Origin: Chiloscyllium plagiosum
Lineage: Eukaryota
Assembly: GCF_004010195.1 (NCBI RefSeq)
Contig: NC_057717.1
Span: 105,824,719-105,867,460, forward strand
DNA: 42,742 nt
Direction of reading: 5' to 3'
Part shown: piece after piece, positions 23,716-34,908 of the stretch
How positions within the stretch are numbered: the first letter of the stretch is position 1
Layout of the letters: every line of letters starts with the position of its first letter
The notes under the pieces: generated by a model
The model's input: only the letters and a program-made list of their open reading frames with translations
Database searches by the model: none
What the model was told of the DNA's origin: nothing
Translations under genes and position numbers: made by a program

Positions 23716-24380
23716 ATCCTTCCGTGCTATGCTGTTGATCACACCAGGAGTGGGGACCTGTCACAGCTTGACTGCAGGGAAACACAGGCCAGCTCTCTGT
23801 ACGTCATCCCGACTCATGAGTAACATCATTTTGGGATGGTAGAATTTCCCAATTGGAGTAGGAGGGATGCGAGGGCCAGCAGGGAATGCAGAGGAGAGGT
23901 GCTGCAAAGTTCAGTGGATCAGCCAGGGTCTGTTGGGGAAAGTTGGGTGGGTGAGGAGGGTTTGCTCCAGTAGCTGTCCAGTCTTCATCTGCATCACAGT
24001 TAAACCTTTTGACACTCTCATAAACCGACCATGGAGAAAACCTTTGTTGATGTGCAGGAAAAAAAGTGTCTTTGGTAGTGTGTGAGCTCTCTCAGGGAGT
24101 GACTACAGTTCCCCATGTTGTTTTTCAGTCTTGAGAGAGTGAGCTCAGAGGAGCTGGTTTGTGTGTACTGGTAATCCAGGGAATGCTAGTCTGATTGACA
24201 GTTTAAATTCTGTGTCAAGAACCTGGACATGAAAAGCAGTGTGTGACCTGTGAAAGTGACCACAACAGCACAAAGGTCTTTACGCAGTTGCACAGGGATT
24301 GATTGAGGTGAAGAGCAAAGATTTCTTTGAGAGTGAGCTCAATAAACACTTGAAGGAATTTGGAGAATTGGAGGAGGACC

Positions 24381-24966
24381 TTGTGGAGCATTGTTTGGAT
24401 GGGTCAGGATGATAGCTCTGGGCTGGACATCCATTATGGAGCATTGTTTGGATGGGTCAGGATGATAGCTCTGGGCTGTACATCCATTGTGGAGCATTGT
24501 TTGGATGGGTCAGGATGATAGCTCTGGGCTGTACATTCATTGTGGAGCATTGTTTGGATGGGTCAGGATGATAGCTCTGGGCTGTTCATTCATTGTGGAG
24601 CATTGTTTGGATGGGTCAGGATGATAGCTCTGGGCTGTTCATTCATTGTGGAGCATTGTTTGGATGGGTCAGGATGATAGCTCTGGGCTGTTCATTCATT
24701 GTGGAGCATTGTTTGGATGGGTCAGGATGATAGCTCTGGGCTGTTCATTCATTGTGGAGCATTGTTTGGATGGGTCAGGATGATAGCTCTGGGCTGTTCA
24801 TTCATTGTGGAGCATTGTTTGGATGGGTCAGGATGATAGCTCTGGGCTGTACATCCATTATGGAGCATTGTTTGGATGGGTCAGGATGATAGCTCTGGGC
24901 TGTTCATCCATTGTGGAGCATTGTTTGGATGGGTCAGGATGATAGCTCTGGGCTGTACATCCATTG
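24381..24966 (+). repeat. Minisatellite, 11 x 53 bp
   Basis: Unit ttgtggagcattgtttggatgggtcaggatgatagctctgggctgtwcatyca starting at 24381, 24434 ... 24911. Confidence 0.97.
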
Positions 24967-25215
24967 CCCTGGTGTGGAAAGTTGCAGCTGAGACTGTTTA
25001 TGCTCAGATGTATGGAGAGGGACTGAAACGACAGCCTTCGGGCTCTAAGGTGTGGCTCAGTGCGAAACTGTTTGCATTTGAAAGTCCGCCTGGGACACTG
25101 GAATGAGCCTGGTATAGCCTGATGATATTTGGATTGCACGTAATGCACAAACAAAGCTAGGAATGTTGCCCTTGAGGTGAAAACTCTGGCAATGGCCCTC
25201 TCCTTTCCTCAGTAC

Positions 25216-25365
25216 CTGCTCGTAAGCCATAAACTTGATGCCTGTCTCTGGGGTGATTTTCAGGACATTAACTCCATTCCCTCGCCACAGAGATGAGAAA
25301 CCTCCTTCTCTCACCATCATCATCCACACGCCAGGCATGTTTAACTTCTGCTTGGCTGCAAAGAC
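25216..25365 (-). CDS. SLC25A23: SCaMC carrier exon 6 (VFAAKQKLNMPGVWMMMVREGGFSSLWRGNGVNVLKITPETGIKFMAYEQ)
   Basis: EGG..SLWRGNG.NVLKI.PE..IKFMAYEQ motif; AG/GT boundaries; 150 nt. Confidence 0.9.
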
Positions 25366-25574
25366 CTGGAGGGAAGAAGAATGAATATCAGTGAATTTCA
25401 ACCGTTGCCTCATTTGGGCTGGATTGGCTCAAACACAATGGACACCGATGGTGAGTTACCCATTCTGAAGTGACACCAAGTGTTTCTCCAGAGGGAGAGG
25501 ACCAAGCTAAGGAGCTGGGTCACTAGATCCAGATCACTCTCACTAGTTGCTGTCAGCGACGGTGTGGATTTTAC

Positions 25575-25733
25575 CTGCATGTAGATTTTAAGTCGGTCCA
25601 GGGGAGCAGTGCAGGTGCGTGACACTGCACCTGCCATAGCTCCTGCCAGGAGCTGCCTCCACCACGAGCCAGTCTTCCTCTCGCTCTCTGAGAACTCATC
25701 CACAATAGTCAGGGACTCCCCAATGTCCATGAA
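25575..25733 (-). CDS. SLC25A23: SCaMC carrier exon 5 ([53 protein letters not shown])
   Basis: DIGE linker and carrier signature PLDRLK; AG/GT boundaries; 159 nt. Confidence 0.9.
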
Positions 25734-27826
25734 CTGTAAATCAAAGGGAGCAGAGTTTAAGACCAGGACAACATTTTCAAAGGGGAATTTGTTTTTCTCT
25801 CTCTGAGACTGCCTTGGAAAGCTCACAGGTCATAGCCAAGGAAATTAACCCAGTGCCGGGTTTAAGTCTGTAATTGCCTCTCGAGGTTGGAGTCAATGGC
25901 AGTTGTCTGTACAGAAATCAATGTTTGGTGGAGAATATGAAGACGTATGGAAGCAAAATAAGGAGCTGGAGGTAACAGCAAAGCAGGACAGACTTTAAGG
26001 GCTGAATGGTCTTGTCCGATTCTGGGAACAGTGTGAATCTTGCTAATGAATATGATCAGCTGATCAGAAACACACCCTGCCCTGTCTTCACACACACTTT
26101 GTGACTTCACAGTGAAAGGATCGTTGCACAGCTAACAGGCCTCAGCTCGCTGAGGAAGGGTGATTTGATCACTGCAGGGGAACCTGAGTGATTACTGGAC
26201 AAAGAGAGATCAACGAGTTCACCTTCCACCTCCCTGCTCATCACAGCATGTGGCGCCATTAACCAATCACAGCAACTCTTCTCTGTCAACAAATACACAA
26301 CAGAGTCAGATATGGTGAGGAAAACCCCAGTGATGGAGAGATTTGGAATGGTCTTTGTTTGTCTTTTAAAAAATGCTCAGTTCACCACACAGCACTTCCC
26401 AATTTAATCATAAACTGGATCCTAACAGGTTCCGTCATCTCCCCCGATTATCCATTGATTGTTGTGCAAGAACAATGCCAACATGACGCCCAGAGCCGAA
26501 GATGTGAAGGCTCCCATCTTAATGAATCCTGAACAAGATGTTTAATTTTTAATCACATGTTGACCTCACGCCCTTTATGCCCTCACACCAATCAAAATAC
26601 AGGATGGCTGATGCTGAGACATTCCCCCCCCACCACAGCCAGACGATGTGATTAACCAATACAGGGCCTGTTTGTGATGACCGATAAAGTGATCTTGCCT
26701 ATTTCATTTACTGTGTATAAGAAAGATGACAGTCAGCACTCCAAGGTATAGTCAGTGTTCCCAGCACAGAGCCAGTGCTCTGAATAAACACAATGCTCTA
26801 AGACTGGAGCCAGTGCTCTGAGTGGAATTTGTGCTGCCAGCATGGAGCCAGTAATCTTGGAATGGAATCTGTGGGATTCAGGAAATTGCTGGATGGACAC
26901 ATCAATGGGAGGATGGATATGGATCATGTGAATTAGTTTGGCAACTTGATTACACGGAACATATGACCCAAAAGCAAGCCAACCAGTCCATGCTTATGTT
27001 TCCATGCCCCTTGGGCATCCTCTAGCATTAGCTCATCTAAATCTCCCATTGTATTCTTCTACTCCCTTCTCCTCATCTCCTGGTAGAGTTTCCCTTAAAT
27101 ATATCAATAAGCTTCTCCTGAATTCCCAATCAGATTTCTTAATTGCTATGGTCTAATGATGGCTTTGAGTTTACTTTTCTCACACAATGAAACATTCCCT
27201 CTATTATCTACACTGAGTACAGCATTTGGGGCTAAAGGGATCAAAGGGTATGGGGAAAAGGAGGAACAGGCCATTGAGTTGACCAGCCACGATCATACTG
27301 ACAGGCAGAGCAGGCTCGAACAACCAAATGGCCAACCCCTGTTCCAATCTGCCATGTTATGTCAAAATCTTTCATTGTTTTAAAGGGCCTGGATTAGGTC
27401 TCCCTTTGTCCTTCAAGAGGAAAGACCCAGCCCTTGTCAAACCTTTCGTGATGGATATTTCTGGCAGTCAATGCACTGTGGAACTGTTTAATTTGATGAG
27501 ATTTCTTGTTGTCATGTGCTGAGATACAGTGAAAAGTGTTGTTTGCGATTCTGGCAGATAGTACCATACAAAATGCTTCAGGGTAGCAGAACAGAGTGCA
27601 GAATACAGTGTTAGAGCCACAGAGAGGGTGCAGAGAGAGAGAAAGAGCGAGACCAACATTAACATTTGAGAGATTCTGATAACAGTGGGGAAGAAGCTGT
27701 TCTTGAATCTGTTCACACTGTTTATAGGCTGTCTCTCGGCTAAGTATAATCTATCTATGGGCCGAGTATAATCTGCCAAATCTATAAGTTGTGTATAGGC
27801 TGTGTATAAGCTGTGGATAGGCTTAC

Positions 27827-27938
27827 CGTTGAATGTTTCCAATGTTCAACAATCTGCTCCATGTTGGTTAATGGATTGAAGATGAAATGGTCTCGAAATT
27901 CATTCCAGTCGACAGTGATTGTCCCGTCTTTATCCATG
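27827..27938 (-). CDS. SLC25A23: SCaMC carrier exon 4 ([37 protein letters not shown])
   Basis: EF-hand [12 protein letters not shown] and conserved WKHST; ctcag acceptor and gtaagc donor; 112 nt. Confidence 0.88.
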
Positions 27939-28409
27939 CTGAGTGAGGCAGAGGAGAATCATTGTGAAAGCTGAGGTTAATCTTCTGCCCTCGCCCCAGT
28001 TCCTGGCCCTGCAGGACTTTCCCAAAACATGTTCCACAGACAGCTCCTGCTCCAAACCAGTGCCTCTGCTCCATGCTCAAGGTTTCAGTTGACCTTGTTG
28101 CTAATTGAAGGACTCATCCAGTTCACTGACCTGTCACTATTTCCTGGATCTCCGTGGATCTAATGTGAAAGTGAAGGCACCTGCTGGACCTCTCCCCCTT
28201 GTATAAGCATTCACTGCTCCCTCCTCTAATATCCCAATTCGTACTCGCCAGCCCACACCGAGCCTCCCCAACCCTCAACTCCCCTCCTCCAACATGCTCA
28301 TTCACTTGCACTCTATCCCCTTATTTTATCCTCCCCCTGCCCCAGCCCCTGCCCCAGTCTCCCAGCCCCTGCCCCAGTCTTCCAGCCCCTGCCTCAACAC
28401 TCCTGGTCC

Positions 28410-28635
28410 AAGGGCATGCATCTCGCTGTGTCTTAGGTCAGAGATGCATGTCCCACTCCAGAGACCTGAACTTTAAACCCAGGCTGAGACTCCGGTGCTG
28501 TTAGAAGGTCAGTACTGTCAGAGCACCAGATTGAGAGAGGGTCACTATTAGGGAACGCTGCACTGATGGAGGGTCAGTGTTGAGGGAGTGCTGTACTGTC
28601 TAACATGTTAGTTTTCAGCCAAGGTGTGAAACGCT
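28410..28635 (+). mobile_element. DeuSINE/SacSINE1-like remnant
   Basis: ccactccagagac..aggctga.actcc.gtgc..gagggagtgctg.actgtc pattern; related roughly 33-bp repeats at 22762-22835 on the opposite strand. Confidence 0.45.
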
Positions 28636-28817
28636 TTGAAAGGGTGAGATGAATTTTCCCATATTTATTGTATGAAACAGCAGGGTTTGTCAGTGTGGTT
28701 TTAGATCTATGTTATGCAGTACGTGCTGCCATTCCCACACATGACGTATAGCCACTTGTGGAGTGGTTCGACTGGAAAAGCAGCAGAAGGAATGTTCTTG
28801 CACGCACAGTGTCTCAC

Positions 28818-28905
28818 CTTTGCAAGATCCTCTCTGCTTGTTTCAGTGTGATCGTGATTCCAAGGGTTGAGAGTGTGTGCTGAACTTCATAGGCATCGAT
28901 CTGAC
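28818..28905 (-). CDS. SLC25A23: SCaMC carrier exon 3 ((G)QIDAYEVQHTLSTLGITITLKQAERILQ(S))
   Basis: Translated by hand; completes EF-hand DQNNDGQIDAYE; aatcag acceptor and gtgaga donor; 88 nt, phase-compatible. Confidence 0.88.
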
Positions 28906-29136
28906 CTGATTCAAGATGCAAAGACAAAAATCAACAGAGAGGCAGACCAGAGTCAGACTAGACAATGTCAAAGAGTCTCAGAGACCTTTCAGGTGTTTAT
29001 CTGTCAAGGGCTCTATTGTGTCTCCCTGAACTGCTCAACTGGAGATTCCATGACTGACACACTTTGTCCCATCAAGGACTGGGAGGCCATTTGGCCCATT
29101 TTAGTTTTGGGCATTACCATATCGAACTGAATCAGA

Positions 29137-29606
29137 AGGCACACAATACCAGGTTATAGTCCAACAGATTTATTTGAAATCACAAGCTTTCGGAGCACTG
29201 CTCCTTCTTCAGGGGAGTGGAGGGAAGCGCACAAGCACAGAATTTATAGGCAGAGATCATTGCAAGATAATTCCAGGGAATTAAGAACGTGAAAAGATAA
29301 TACTAATGGTGTGAGTGGAGTGTCGACAGGCTGAATAACAAGTCTTTTCAGGTGATCAAACTGTCAAACGGTGTGAGTAAAGTGTCAACAGCTCTACAGC
29401 AAACAAAGGAATGATCTATGATCGATGATTTGATTGATTAAGGTCGAGAGGTAATTACAAAAAATCAAAACCAATTCACTTTGCCTGACGAAGGAGCAGC
29501 GCTCCAAAAGCTTGTGATTTTAAATAAACCTGTTGGACTGTAACCTGGTGTCGTGTACCTTCTGAATTTGTCCACCCCAGTCCAACACTTACACCTTCAC
29601 ACCATG
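29137..29606. mobile_element. Penelope-like element with inverted terminal repeats, each carrying a hammerhead core
   Basis: 29140-29213 is approximately the reverse complement of 29484-29556; cores CTGAAGA..GAAAGCTT (-) and CTGACGA..AAAAGCTT (+). Confidence 0.7.
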
Positions 29607-30287
29607 GCTAATCAGACTGAATTAGGAAGATTTCCCAGCTCTCATTTTGAGTTTCTTCCAACTGTGGGTCAGTTTGTGCTAGTTGAGGAACTGACTTTAT
29701 CTGGGACTAGGCTGTGTTCCATCTGCTGCCTATTGTTTGCAGGAGTGAGGGACTATTCTTGCGGCTCTGGGACCAATCTGACTGAGTAGTGAATACAAAT
29801 TGGAATGCTGATCAAACACTGAATTCGATTGTGCCTTCCACCAGCCCCAAAGTGCAGTTACACCAGTGTGTACCATCAACAAGATGCACTACAGCAACCG
29901 ACCAAAGCACCTCCAACACCCCCTTGTCAACACACAAGCTTGACAACTGAGAGGGCAGTGTCACCATGGGAACACCACCCTGCTCATCGCTATCATCGTC
30001 ACTGGGTTAAAACCTCGGGGTTTCCTGTGTAACAGCACTGTGTCTCAACCGATACCACACAGTCTGCAGCAGATCGACAGGAAAACCCAGTACTCGACTC
30101 TCTGAGAGCAGGCACAAAATGCCAGGACTTAACAGTGACCTGAAAATGAATGTTTAAAAAAGAGTGAGCAGATTCAATTACAATTCTTAAGATTAAATAG
30201 ATAATTTAACTGGAACTATATGCTGGGGGTCTTGAGGAAGAGTACGGTGGGCAGGGGTTCTTGGCCATGAGGTAACGTCATCCATAC

Positions 30288-30414
30288 CATCATTGTTCTG
30301 GTCCAGGCTCTTAAACATCAGCTTGAGTTTTTTCTCATGTTGCCGCAGATACTCGATGAACTCTGCCAGGTCGAGTTGACCGTCGTGATTGGTATCACCG
30401 GCTCGGAGGATTTC
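30288..30414 (-). CDS. SLC25A23: SCaMC/APC carrier exon 2 ([42 protein letters not shown]), EF-hand region
   Basis: EF-hand loop [12 protein letters not shown]; tttcag acceptor and gtatgg donor; 127 nt. Confidence 0.88.
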
Positions 30415-30531
30415 CTGAAAGAGAAGCATTGAGAGAAGGCAAGATGAAAGTAATGAGTAGCGACTATTATGACCATCACTGAGCAAGGTCGGAGAGAGTT
30501 TCACATCAACTCAGTTAGATGGAGGTGAAGC

Positions 30532-30765
30532 TGTAGTGATTCCAACAAGATCAGCCAGGCGGATCTCCTAAACTAGGAGTTCCCTGATAGGACTAGGTTA
30601 ACAGCCCCAATCAGGAAGCCCTGGCTGACATATAAACAGAAGGGTCAGGGATTCTGCTCACTGCGTGGGCCTGCTCTGTACTAGCTGAGTCATTGTCATG
30701 TACTATGCATGTGTAAATAAAGGGGAACTTGGTGACAGGATACCAACCATTGTGGAGTTATTTCA
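30532..30765 (+). repeat. Putative 5' LTR of the Gypsy element
   Basis: TG...CA ends; CCAAT at 30607, TATAAA 30631-30636, AATAAA 30716-30721; followed by a degenerate PBS-like gtgacga; no second LTR visible. Confidence 0.55.
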
Positions 30766-32349
30766 GCAGTGACGATGGGAGGGTTAATGATAGGACCATG
30801 CAAAAGCATCTACGAGCGACAACAGGCAACTCCATTGGCTTTGTCATTAGAAATGCAGCACGTGGGGCTTATGAGTGAGAGGGTATTCCAATGGAAGTGG
30901 ACACCATTGGCAGGCCGACTGAGCTTGGGCAACACCACGTGACTCAAAGCAATTACACAGCCTCACTCAGGACATGTCCTGAACAAAGGGACCCAAGATC
31001 AGTCCACATCCAAACCCCAAAACAAAGCCAAGCTTTGGCCAAACGGGTTAAAATTTTCTCAAGGATCTGGACCAACAGGCCATTGTAGTTGCTGCCAGGA
31101 CGTGGACTCGAGACAGTGAAAGAGTCCCGCTCAGCCTGAATTGAGTATGGGAATTCATTGGCTGGTATCCAGGAGAAAGCACACCCTGTAAAGGCCACCT
31201 ACATATGGTTTGGAACGGTCACATTACTGAACAATATCTAAATCAAAATGAATCAAAATAAATGTCTGGTTCACTGGTCACCCAGTTCTCATGAAAGCAA
31301 TAGTGGTACGGCTGTATCAGTGATTGTGGAACCAGCCTTTACCAACATTGATTCTGGACTCCAGCCATTCAGTTTGTGTAAGACCTTGGCCAGGCTGAGA
31401 ACCTACATTGGGAAGCCCCTGCAGATTAAAGAAACAACTCTGGTTCTGGCCTCTTATGAGAAGTAGCTGGTTCAGTTCCCATTGATTGTAGTGAAGGGCC
31501 TGGGCCCAAGCTTGATGGGGCAAAATTGGTTGAGAAAGATTCAACTTGATTGTCTCAACATTTTCATTTAGGAAATGGCTGTCTGAAGTGAAATGCTAAT
31601 GAAATACTTGGAAATTGTTCAGTGAGGTCTATGGACTATCAAAGGGGCCATGGCCATTTTACATGCTGACCAACAAGCAATTCCACGATTCTGCAAGATT
31701 CTGTTGGGTCTGTTGTGCAAAAGTAGAGGCACTGGAAAGGGAAGGAAGCATGACAGTACAGAATCAAACCAGGACAGTCTGCAGGATGGGCAACATCACT
31801 TGTACCCATTGGAATCCCAATAGGTTGGTTCACCTTTGTGGGGATTTCAAACAAATGGTGAACTGCTTTGCAGAGCTCGATAAACACCCAATCCCTCGCA
31901 GGGAGGATTTCTTCACAAAGTTGGCTGGGAAAGGGGGGGGTGCTGTCCTTCATGAAGCTGGGCAGCAGTCATGCATCCCTGCAATTGCGGATAGATGAGG
32001 ATTCCCAGAGATATACTACAATTAATACCCATAGGGTTTTGTACCAGGACACGAGGCTGCCTTTTGAGGCATGATCAGCCTGTGCCATTTTCCAGCAGAC
32101 GATGGAGAACACTTTACAAGGTCTACTCCAGGTCACCATTTATCTGAGTGACCTGGTAATAACCGGGATGACCAATAAAGAGCATTTAGAGAACTCGGAC
32201 ATTGTGCCCAAACATTTCTCGAAGGCAGGGGCACACCTTAGGAGGGAACAATGTGTGTTCCGGCGCCCCAACTAACTTATGGAGGGAGAAGGAGAACTTG
32301 TTCAAGGTGGGCATCCTTTTGGAAGAGGCGTCGCCGTAAGGATACAGTG

Positions 32350-32478
32350 AGGAGGGGAAAGTGAGGACTGGAGAGTCAGAGTGGAAAAGTCTGGTGCTGG
32401 AAAAGCACAGCAGGTCAGGCAGCATCCGAGGAGCAAGAGGGTTGATGTTTCAGGCATAAGCCTTTCATCAGGAATGGA
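32350..32478 (-). mobile_element. Penelope-like terminal fragment nested in Gypsy pol
   Basis: Same family as 10218-10345; core CTGATGA-AAGGCTTATGCCT-GAAACATC at 32444-32472 (-). Confidence 0.65.
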
Positions 32479-34145
32479 GAGGGACACCCAATAGTGTCTG
32501 CTTCCCGAATGATGCCAAACGAAGATATACCAAGATAGAGAAGGAAGGTTGGATGGTCATCTTTGGTGTGAATAAGTTCCACCAACACCTTTATAGCCGT
32601 ACATTTGTAATAGGAATGGACCACAAACGCCTGCTAGGTCTGCTTAAAGAGGACAAGGCTGTGCCACCTATAGCTTCAGGCCGAATTCAGCAGTGGGCTC
32701 TTATTCTGAGTGCTGACAGTTACATGTTGGTACACTGTCCGGGAGGCCAAGTGGCAAATATGGATGCCTAGAGCCACCTCCCTCTGGCAGATACTCGATT
32801 GCTAGTACTGCCACTAGAAGAGCGTCCACGCTGCTTTTAAGCTTTCCGCGCACCCTTTCTGTCACCACTGACGATATCAGACTGTAGACACAAAGCAATC
32901 CCGCCTTGACAAAACCAAAACAGCTGGCGGTGATTGGGGAAACAAAAGGGCCATCGCAACCAGAACTAATTCCTTTCTGCACCCATCGAGACCATAGAGG
33001 ATGGCATATTATAATGGGGAGCAAGAGTAATTGTCCTGAACAAAGTTCACCGCCAGCTACTGGCTGATCTCAATTCGGATTATCCAGAGGTTTCCAAAAT
33101 GAAGATGTCAGCAAGAAGTTATGTCTGGTGGCCAGAATTGGATGCCAACATAACCGTATTGGTGGGGCAGTGCCCAGAGTGCCAACAAAGACAAGAATTA
33201 ATACCAGCAGCTCCCCCACATTCATGAGAATGGACTCTGTTACTCGTCGACTTCACCAATCCTTTCATGGGGTCTATATTCTTAGTCATTGTGGAGTTCA
33301 TTCAAAATGGTTGGATGTGCAAAGAGCTCATTTGTCAAACATGGGGATGACAACTGAAAAGCTGCAAACATCTTTTGCAATACACAGACTCCTGGAGGGT
33401 GTTGGTCACAAACCATGGGCCATCGTTTACCTGCAGGGAAGTGAATTATTTTCTAAAGGCATTCAGCATGTAAGGACAACTCCATACTATCCATTGTCCA
33501 TACAATCTGGTGGAAAGAGCAGTCCAAACTTTGAAGGCAGACTTAAAGACACAGCCAACAGCTTCACTTAATCCCAAATTGGCCCAGTTTCTGTTTGACT
33601 ATTGGAACACCCCTCATACCACTACAGGGGCTACTCCAGCAGAGTTAACTCTCCACTCGGTTAAATCTGGTCTTCCCAGACCTGTGGGCGGAGGATGAAA
33701 TGGCATCAGGAACACCAGTGCTGGACACAAGACTCCTCTAGGCAAGAGAAGCCATTCACTTCAGGGGTCAAAGATTGCTGTAGAAACCACGGGGGTGGCC
33801 CGACATGGGTGAAAGGCATGGTCGATGTGAGGTCAGGTCCTGGGATGGAAAGAGTGCAGGTAGGAGAGACCACATGAAAGCGATAATCTTGCAGATGGGG
33901 CAGGAGCAAAATGTACCCGACCCCTCACAACATCCAGCAAGGCTGTCAGAATCTGTGGGATCATCCCCCTGTGCTGAGAGTTGAAGAAACCTCACAGTCT
34001 GAGACAGACATGTTGGCTGTTACTTGCTGAAGAAGAGGATGAATTTCGGGTGAGACGCTGTGGGGCAACAGGCAGTTAGCATACGGCCATGATCCGGGCC
34101 AGAGTTGGAGAAACCAGGCCTGGGACAAAAATTCCCGAGGAGAAG

Positions 34146-34645
34146 NNNNNNNNNNNNNNNNNNNNNNNNNNNNNNNNNNNNNNNNNNNNNNNNNNNNNNN
34201 NNNNNNNNNNNNNNNNNNNNNNNNNNNNNNNNNNNNNNNNNNNNNNNNNNNNNNNNNNNNNNNNNNNNNNNNNNNNNNNNNNNNNNNNNNNNNNNNNNNN
34301 NNNNNNNNNNNNNNNNNNNNNNNNNNNNNNNNNNNNNNNNNNNNNNNNNNNNNNNNNNNNNNNNNNNNNNNNNNNNNNNNNNNNNNNNNNNNNNNNNNNN
34401 NNNNNNNNNNNNNNNNNNNNNNNNNNNNNNNNNNNNNNNNNNNNNNNNNNNNNNNNNNNNNNNNNNNNNNNNNNNNNNNNNNNNNNNNNNNNNNNNNNNN
34501 NNNNNNNNNNNNNNNNNNNNNNNNNNNNNNNNNNNNNNNNNNNNNNNNNNNNNNNNNNNNNNNNNNNNNNNNNNNNNNNNNNNNNNNNNNNNNNNNNNNN
34601 NNNNNNNNNNNNNNNNNNNNNNNNNNNNNNNNNNNNNNNNNNNNN
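34146..34645. other. Assembly gap (500 N)
   Basis: Run of exactly 500 N. Confidence 1.
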
Positions 34646-34790
34646 CCACCGCGAGGGGAGCTGGGCCCGGGGCGGGGCGGGAGCGAGCCCGGGGCAGGCA
34701 TGCGGCCCTACCGCCTGCACTGCGCCTGCGCACCACCACCCCCATGTCCCTGTCTGATTGTGGGATAGCGCTGATTGGAGGGGCCGAATG
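34646..34790 (-). promoter_or_regulatory. Probable SLC25A23 promoter edge (GC box, NRF1-like site, CCAAT)
   Basis: CpG-rich gap flank; GGGGCGGGGCGGG 34669-34681; TGCGCCTGCGCA 34721-34732; ATTGG 34774-34778; upstream of exon 2 on the minus strand. Confidence 0.6.
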
Positions 34791-34908
34791 ATCTCCTGTT
34801 CTTTCCTGTGCTTTAGCTTTCTTGTCACAAAGGGACATTTACTATTTACAAACCTAGCATTATTAGTAAGAGATCTGGGTAGAATCTCAGGTTATATCAA
34901 TTTGATAT

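Larger units (their letters stand above)
30532..34145 (+). mobile_element. Decayed Ty3/Gypsy LTR retrotransposon in intron 1 of the SLC25A23-like gene, antisense to it
   Basis: Frameshifted pol remnants in PR-RT-RH-IN order: HLCGDFK..HPIP, YTTINTHR.LY..RLPF, IYLSD (YLDD-like), IFGVNKFHQHLY..DHK.L, YVWWP..C..CQ, ERAVQTLK..NTPHTTTGATPAEL; right end runs into the gap. Confidence 0.85.

Noticed and set aside
24381..24966. CRISPR-like regular array
   Set aside because: Units are contiguous with no unique spacers, there are no cas genes, and the context is a vertebrate intron; it is a minisatellite
33961..34838. Longest ORFs in the track (222-272 aa)
   Set aside because: Artefacts of reading through the 500-N gap
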